From assembly GCA_012295275.1 (NCBI GenBank), contig CM022672.1, positions 33,852,001 through 33,916,000 of the forward strand: 64,000 nucleotides of DNA, written 5' to 3'. The notes below the pieces were generated by a model that saw nothing but the letters and a program-made list of their open reading frames with translations, had not been told where the DNA came from and did no database searches. This DNA is from Chrysomallon squamiferum. Taxonomy: Eukaryota > Animalia > Mollusca. Made by a program: the position numbers and the translations under genes. This document shows, in pieces, positions 55,069 through 64,000 of this stretch (positions within the stretch are counted from its first letter, which is position 1; each line of letters starts with the position of its first letter).

Positions 55069-55608
55069 TATTTATTTAATTCAGTGAGTTTCATGAATAT
55101 TTAATATTCAGATTATTAACAGATACACATACTGTTAAAATGTTTATTTAACGTACTGCTGTAAGGAATACATCGCACTGTACATGTTAATTATATCTAT
55201 TTTCAACAAAACTTTAAAAAAACCTGTGAAATTATTGCATAACTTAGTTCAAAGTTGGATAGAGCAACATCTAACAGGATGTGTATTTAGGCTATATATA
55301 TATATATATATATATATTTCAAGTTTTTCATTTATTTTTTTTTTTCTTCAAATCCTTCTGCTTTACTACTCTGAATTTTGTTGTCTTTTTAGTATTATTT
55401 TTAAATATTTTATAATTCTTTCTTTGCCTCTCAGAATTTTTTTTTTTTTATTATAATTTTTTCGTTTTTGAATATTTTTTCTTTGTTTCTGTGAAAATTA
55501 TTATTATTTTTTTTAAATATTGTTATTATTCTTAATTATTATTATTATTATTATTATTATTAATATTATTATTTTTCATTATTATTTTTAATTATCATTA
55601 TTATTATC

Positions 55609-55650
<42 letters not shown>

Positions 55651-56115
55651 TTTGTTGGTATTTAAATTTATTTTATTTTATTTTATTTTATTTTTTAATT
55701 TATTTATTTCATTCTTTTTTAATTAATTAATTAATTAATTTATTTATTTATTTATTTTGACACAGTGAGAAAGTCAGGTTTTAAAATTACTCAGCAGTAA
55801 GTTAAAAATAGAACAAAATCAGAATAAGTAGGAAAAAAAAAGAGAAAAAAGTATATTTTAAAAATGCTTCAAGATCAAATGTCAAACACCCAGCTTTAAA
55901 AAACCCGGCATTTTCTTGTGTAATAGCTCCCCCCTGAAAAACCATGATAAAACTATATATCTATGTATCTATATATATATATATATATATCTATAGAGAG
56001 AGAGAGAGATACATACAGATGAATGGACAGATGTGTGTTGGTGTGTATTTCTCTCTATCTGTATCTATCTATTATATGTATATGTATATATCTCTGTGTG
56101 TTTATCATATGTATG

Positions 56116-56156
<41 letters not shown>

Positions 56157-56613
56157 CCTATCAGGTTTGACTTGGTATAATCACACACTTTATTTAAGTC
56201 TTGGTTCTTCAACAAAAATATCCACACAGACATTTATGAGGGTGTTAATGTCTGCTGAAAAAAAACAAAAAAAAAATTTTTATTTTATTTCTTTGGATAC
56301 TGTCAACCATTCAAGATAAATGAACTGTTTATTAAAAACACTTGAGAGAAATCTGGCATATCAGCAACAGAAAGAATTTTTAAACATTTTTTTTTTATAT
56401 TTATTTATTTAAAAAAATAATCATAATTACAAACTATAGTATATGTAATGTGTTTTTTGCTGATATGTAACTTTTCCTTCTCAAAAAAAAAATGAAGTGA
56501 AATAAAAGAGATGATGGAACTTTGATTCCAGTGTTCTTTGTCACTGTAAGATCTGATACAGAAGAATTACTTGGTTACATTTTATCTTATCTTTAAAAAT
56601 ACTGTCTATCTGT

Positions 56614-56658
<45 letters not shown>

Positions 56659-57548
56659 TTCTCTTGCTACATGAACACATAATTTGAGATTTTTATCGTA
56701 AACAATATTTTAATTTTTTTCCTCTTCTTTAAAACTTTTATCAAGTTTATTATGCATAAAATGACATACACTATCAGTTTTCTTCAAAAAAAATATGTGT
56801 ACACAACATTATAAACTCCATAAAACTAACTGATGTATTATTTACTTTATAAAACTTGTTTATAGTGTTGTCACTCCCTGAATAAAAGTTTCGTTGTTAC
56901 ATTCAAAACAGACAACATAAAAAGTGTATAAAAATCTTTTTACCTTGACCTAACTGATGATGGACATTTTTTAGAATGTTGTCAACATCCATGCTGTTTT
57001 AAATATTTGTATAAAAGTGATGAATATCTATAACATATGTATGTATGTATGTGTGTATGTATGTGTATGTATATATATGTATATATACATACGTATATTT
57101 CAATATATCTCTATCTTCATAATCTATGTATGTATCTATGTGTGTATCTATGTGTGTATGTATGTGTGTGTCTATGTGTGTGTATGTGTGTGTATGTATG
57201 TGTGTATCTATGTGTATCTGTGTGTATGCATGTATGTATGTATGTATGTGTGTGTGTGTGTGTATGTGTATGTGTAAGTATATGTACACACACACAAATA
57301 CATGTAGTGAAACTCCTCTGTAAATTCACTTAAAACAGAACCTGTTTCTTGTTCCTGTTATTTATACAAATTTATAAAATCAGACTTAAATTCCCCTCTA
57401 CTCTGAATACTAGAAACACCATCAGATCTGCTTTGTTTATTTAATACAGAATTTTTACCTCCGAAAACAAAACAATCAAAATACATTTGTCTGGCTAGGC
57501 CAGACCAAATTAACTGTAAAAATTGCAGTTTTGCAGGCTATAAATGAC

Positions 57549-57594
<46 letters not shown>

Positions 57595-57944
57595 GCTCAG
57601 TCTCTCATTTCTGTGTTGGTTTGAGCATGCATGGAACAACTATTCCAATTGTTCTCATAGCTGAGTTTGGTCATACATTTAAAATCTTTTCATCATTTTT
57701 AACTCGTTTTCATTTGAAACAGAAATATCTGAGTGTTCTGGGGTTATTGGGAATGAGTTGCACTTCCCAGTCAGTCTGTCTGTTGATGCTTGTAGCTAAT
57801 GAGTTTTACTGCATTTTAATTGAAACTGAGCCACGATGTTTGTTTACCTGAATAAGTGGTTCTGAGTTTACCTGGTAAATGTTGAAGTTATGTCAGTATC
57901 ATTTTACTTCAATATCCTGTTTCTTGAAACCAGAGTAAAGTGTG

Positions 57945-58028
<84 letters not shown>

Positions 58029-58108
58029 ATAATAATAATAATTTGGTGTCATGGATGCTTTTTTGATGTTCATTACCTCTGTGTGTGTGTTTGTGTGTGT
58101 AAATATAT

Positions 58109-58156
<48 letters not shown>

Positions 58157-58686
58157 TTATACACATGTGTGTGTGTGTGTTTGTTTTGTTTCTATGTCTA
58201 GCATATTCATGTGTTTATACAATTATTGGTTTTCTTCCAGATTTGTGTGTTTGCATGTGAATACACAATAACATTACATATCTGTAAACAATTAACCTTT
58301 TCTGAATGCTAGTTGTCCAGGGAAATAAAAGATTATTTACACAGACAAGACTCAAACAAGGATACTCTAATCAATTAGCCAGTGTTTTCCCGAGAACTAC
58401 AATTACAAAGATGAGATATATTTGTGTTTGCAGATAAAATGCTTCACGAGCTGTACAAAGAGTTTGGGTCATGGGATATCTGTTCTATTGCTCACCTGGC
58501 AGTTAACAGCTAAATAAAAACTTAGCCAGTGAACCTGCGATTATCTGCGTCAGAATTTCACAGCAAACTGAGATAAAATAAAAAATATGATTCAACGTTG
58601 TCTGGGTGGTTGATGGGTTTTTAAAAAAAAAAAAAAAAAAAAAATATTTTTAATGTTTTGAAGTAAAGAATTTTCATGTTGTTCAG

Positions 58687-59350
58687 GTAAGTGGATGGAT
58701 AATTATTGTAAGTAAGTGTGATAGATGAATATTTTAAGTGTAGATATATAATTGTAGTATAGACAGGTGATTGTGGTCAGTAAGTGTAAACGTCATTATT
58801 TTAAGTAAGTGTAAATGATTATTTTTAGTAAGTGTAGATGTGATTATTTTAAGTAAGTAGACAGATGATTATTTTAAGTAAAAGTAGACAGATGATTATT
58901 TTAAGTAAGTGTAGACAGATGATTATTTTAAGTAAAAGTAGAGAGATGATTATTTTAAGTAAGTGTAGAGAGATAATTATTTTAAGTGTAGACAGATGAT
59001 TATTTTAAGTAAGTTAGACAGATGATTATTTTAAGTAAAAGTAGACAGATGATTATTTTAAGTGTAGACAGATGATTATTTTAAGTAAGTTAGACAGATG
59101 ATTATTTTAAGTAAAAGTAGAGAGATAATTATTTTAAGTGTAGACAGATGATTATTTTAAGTACGTGTAGACAGATGATTATTTTAAGTAAGTGTAGATG
59201 ATTATTTTAAGTAAAAGTAGACAGATGATTATTTTAAGTAAAAGTAGACAGATGATTATTTTAAGTAAAAGTAGACAGATGATTATTTTTAGTAAGTGTA
59301 GACAGATGATTATTTTAAGTAAGTAGACAGATGATTATTTCAGGTAAGTG
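58687..59350. repeat. ~23-27 bp minisatellite (gtagacagatgattattttaagtaagt), >20 copies
   Basis: Directly visible tandem array. Confidence 0.92.
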
Positions 59351-61228
59351 TTTTAGAATTCGTGTAATTCTTACCTCGCAGGTAGAAAAACTGTCAGGTG
59401 TAATGAAATATTTTACCTGCTCTCACCTGCATCAACATAAACATGCCTACCTGTATTACGAAGCCATTAGCAACTTAAACAACACTTAACTGTGTTTATG
59501 TATAACACAACCAGGTGGGTCTGTATCATGGGCTCAAAGATAAAAAAAAAAAATAATAATAATAAGAAGTAGAAAAAGAAAATTAATTATATGATGATGA
59601 TGATGATATTTGACAATATAATAATAATGATGACAACAGTAAGAATAATAGTAATATTAATAATAATAATAGTAATAATAGTAATAGTAATACTAATAGT
59701 AATAATAATAACAGTAAGAATAATAATAATAATAATAATAACAGTAAGAATAATAGTAATAGTAATAATAATAATAGATAATATAAAAATGATAATAATA
59801 ATAATAATAATAATAGAAATAACAGGAACAATAATAATGAAATCTGTTCATAATTTTTTTTTTTTTTTCTGTCTTACTATTTCTTTATGATAACATTTTG
59901 AAAAAGCATACATATATATGTAAATACATATATATTTTTTAACATGGTGCTTGCTGAATGGCCTACCTATATATTTAATCACTGACAGTTTTATGAACGA
60001 CATTTTAAAACGGTTCTAACAAAAATAGGCGTGTACCTGTCCTTCTGGGCCATTAACATGTTTTAAAAAAAACACACAATAAAATATGATTTAAAACATG
60101 GTAGACATGTTAGTGAATCTAAAAATAGACAGGTCATGTGACATTGTCGTGTCAGCTGTTTTTTAATTTTTTTTCATTCTCCGTGGAAATTGTTGAAACC
60201 ATCTTTTTTTTTTTTTTTTTTTACTATTTTTTTTTTTGGTATTTATATATTTTTTTTATCACAAAATAGTTCTTAAATACAACAATTTATTGAAGTTGCA
60301 TATTACAAATACACATTTACAACTACACATTAACCCATATACTGCACTGACTGTTACATACATATTAACCCTTGTTAACACAGGTCATATATTGGTGTTA
60401 TAGTACTGAATTATAATATTGTGAAAATATAACCAAATGCTGTATTATAACATCGTTAAAGTGTTTTTCTAAGACTGCAGTTCTCCAGATAAATTCCAGA
60501 AATGGTAGAAATTAATTTACTTGCATATTTTCACTGTTTTATTGAAAATCCGTGGTATATGCTGCCCTGCAAAACTGGAAGTATTAACAAAAATGTTTCT
60601 CATAGATGGGTTGTTGATATATTTAATTATTATTTTCTACTGCTATTGTAAGAGTTTCAAAAATAATTGTTTATACAAAATTTCAATAATTAATTATAAA
60701 AAATATCATTTATATGATTTATATAGAAAATGAATCTTTCTTCTTTATTGTTAAAGAGATATCTTTACATGGCTTAATACATTTGTGAACCCTTTAAAAA
60801 TATACATACACACACACACACACACGCACACACACACACACACGCACACGCACATACATACATACACATACATACATACATACACACACAAACATACATA
60901 TATACATACATACATACATATATACATACATACATACATACATACACACACACATACATACTGACTTACATACATACACATATACATTCATACATACACA
61001 CACATGCACATACATACATATATATATACACATGCACACATACATACACACACATATATGCACACAGATATATACATACATACATATATATATATATACA
61101 TATATACATATGTGTGTGTGTGTGTGTAAAACAAGCTAATTACAGAAATTAATTCAGAGTGTTTCAGTGGCATCAATAAAAACATCAACACTTTTAAAAC
61201 CCATTTCTTTCAACTCCTCCCTTTCTCT

Positions 61229-61987
<759 letters not shown>

Positions 61988-62219
61988 CTTCTGTGAAATA
62001 ATTAATCATTGCCTCACTGGCTGGCAGTTTTACCTTCAGTTCACGTTTTCTGAGTTTTCTGAGTTTTCTGAGTTTTCTAGTGAAACCTGGAGTATGTTCC
62101 AGTGTGAGGCAGACACTTTGTGTGTGGAAAAAAAAAAAAGATTATTTCTCCTGTGTGAAAATTTCTCATATCTAGGATTATTACTGGTTAGTTACTTTTA
62201 CGTTTTATCTGTTTTTCTA

Positions 62220-62860
62220 AATAGTGTGTCAATTTTTGCACTACTGATATGGTGTGTGTTGTTAATATTACACAGGTAAGTATTAAAATTCTCAAATTAT
62301 TAATGGATAGATAGATTGTGTTTTATAAATACTTCATTGAAATAAGTGTAATTTTATACTACTGCTGTGATATATCATTAATATTACACAGGTAAGTATT
62401 AAAATTCTTGTATCAGGAATTATTAATGGATATATAGATTGTGTTTTAAATACTTCTTTAAAATATGTGTAATTTTATACTACTGCTGTGATATATCATT
62501 AATATTACACAAGTATTAATATTCTTGTATCTGGATTATTAATGGATATATAGACTGCATTTTAAATACTTCTTTAAAATATATGTAATTTTATACCGGT
62601 GATTATATAACTAATTAATTAGGTATGAATTAATTTGATGTTAAAATTCTCGTATCAGGTATGGTTAGATAGCTTATGTTTTATACACTAATCTAAATAG
62701 ATGTGTAATTTTTGTATTCTACTACTGGGATATTTCATTAATACTACCCAGGTAGCTGTTTATTATTAATTTGTTGTAACAGATATTTGATTAAACAGAT
62801 ATGTGATTGTTGTGATACTGCTGTGATGTTAGATTTATATTTCATAGCTAGGTGTGCTAA
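62220..62860. repeat. ~116-120 bp degenerate tandem repeat containing CAG|GTAAGT
   Basis: taatattacacaggtaagtattaaaattct occurs at ~62263 and ~62379, with decayed copies at ~62500, ~62615 and ~62740. Confidence 0.8.
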
Positions 62861-62948
62861 TTTCATTGTCTTTAATTTCTAACTACCATCTGTGTTTATA
62901 TTTATGTGTGAGTGTCTGTTTGTGTGTGTGTTTATGTGTGTGTGTGTT

Positions 62949-62984
<36 letters not shown>

Positions 62985-63775
62985 GTTACTTTTAAGAGGT
63001 TTTTGTATGTGTATGAGATACATTCACTGATCTTCTTTCAAAGCGTCCAAAAATTTAGTATTTTTATATATCACATATAATAATAATAATAATTATTATT
63101 ATTATACAAATATTAAAATTTTATTTCAACATATCATTTTTATTAAGTTTAGGATTAAGATTTTAAACTGTAAAACTCAACTACAGTAGTATTAATACAA
63201 ACTTTATAATCACACAAAATAACTAAAACCATTTTTAGCCAGCAAATATACAAAAATAGCCTGAAACAGATCTACATTTTGTATAACATCTAAATAATTG
63301 TCTTACTTATTTTTGTTTAAATATTTCTACTATTGCATTCAAATTCTGTAACCCTACACATTGTTATTATTACTGTTGATGTTGTAGTAATTGTTGTTGT
63401 TGTTAACTCAAATTTCTAGCACTGATTAGGTCTTTAAAAACAAGACATGTTTACTGTTACCACTACATTAGTATCACTGCTGTTGTTGTAGTTGTAGTAG
63501 CTTTTATTACTGGTGACGTTCTGTTTATAAACACTGTTAAAAATAAATTATGTTAATTAGTTTAAAGTGGTAGGTATGTGTTTAAAAACACACAGTTATG
63601 TTTCTGCTGTGTACAGAACATGCTGTGGTTATCATCTGAAAGTGAAAGCAGTCTGAGTCTGACTGAAAATAGCTGATGCACAGACCTGTACACTTGTTAA
63701 CCTTTCTGCAGATTCACATTAACCCCTGCACCACACTGAAACATACATACTGACCTTACAGCTGCACCAGATAAA

Positions 63776-63843
<68 letters not shown>

Positions 63844-64000
63844 GTAGATATATATAAATAGGTAGATATATAGACAGACAGACAGACAGAGAGAGATATA
63901 GATAGATAGAGAGGTAGATAGATAGGTAGGTAGATGCATGAATGGATGGATAGACAGTTAGATAGACAGACAGTCATAGAAAGACAGACAAGCAGACAGA

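Overview
This is very AT-rich, microsatellite- and minisatellite-dense metazoan genomic DNA with spliceosomal GT-AG introns. It is probably a lophotrochozoan such as a gastropod mollusc, but that is inference only. Three protein-coding genes are supported. (1) An uncharacterised coiled-coil protein on the + strand has a probable internal exon at 1348-1464, a ~25 kb intron and a GC-rich terminal exon at 26298-27498 broken by several 1-bp indels. (2) BBS2 on the - strand (37189-34963) has an intronless CDS with a single 1-bp frameshift at ~35287. (3) NELF-B/COBRA1 on the + strand has 7 coding exons (38538-44666, 572 aa) and lies head-to-head with BBS2. The rest (46-64 kb) is non-coding, with a possible promoter and first exons of a further gene. 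Nearly all other ORFs in the track are translations of simple repeats or antisense shadows. I found no novel multi-gene protein system. The most striking unexplained pattern is that many locally born tandem repeats start at, or are built from, exon boundaries (splice donors, acceptors and a stop codon). Also notable are GC-rich cores in long exons and the absence of introns in the coding sequence on both sides of the BBS2/NELFB promoter.
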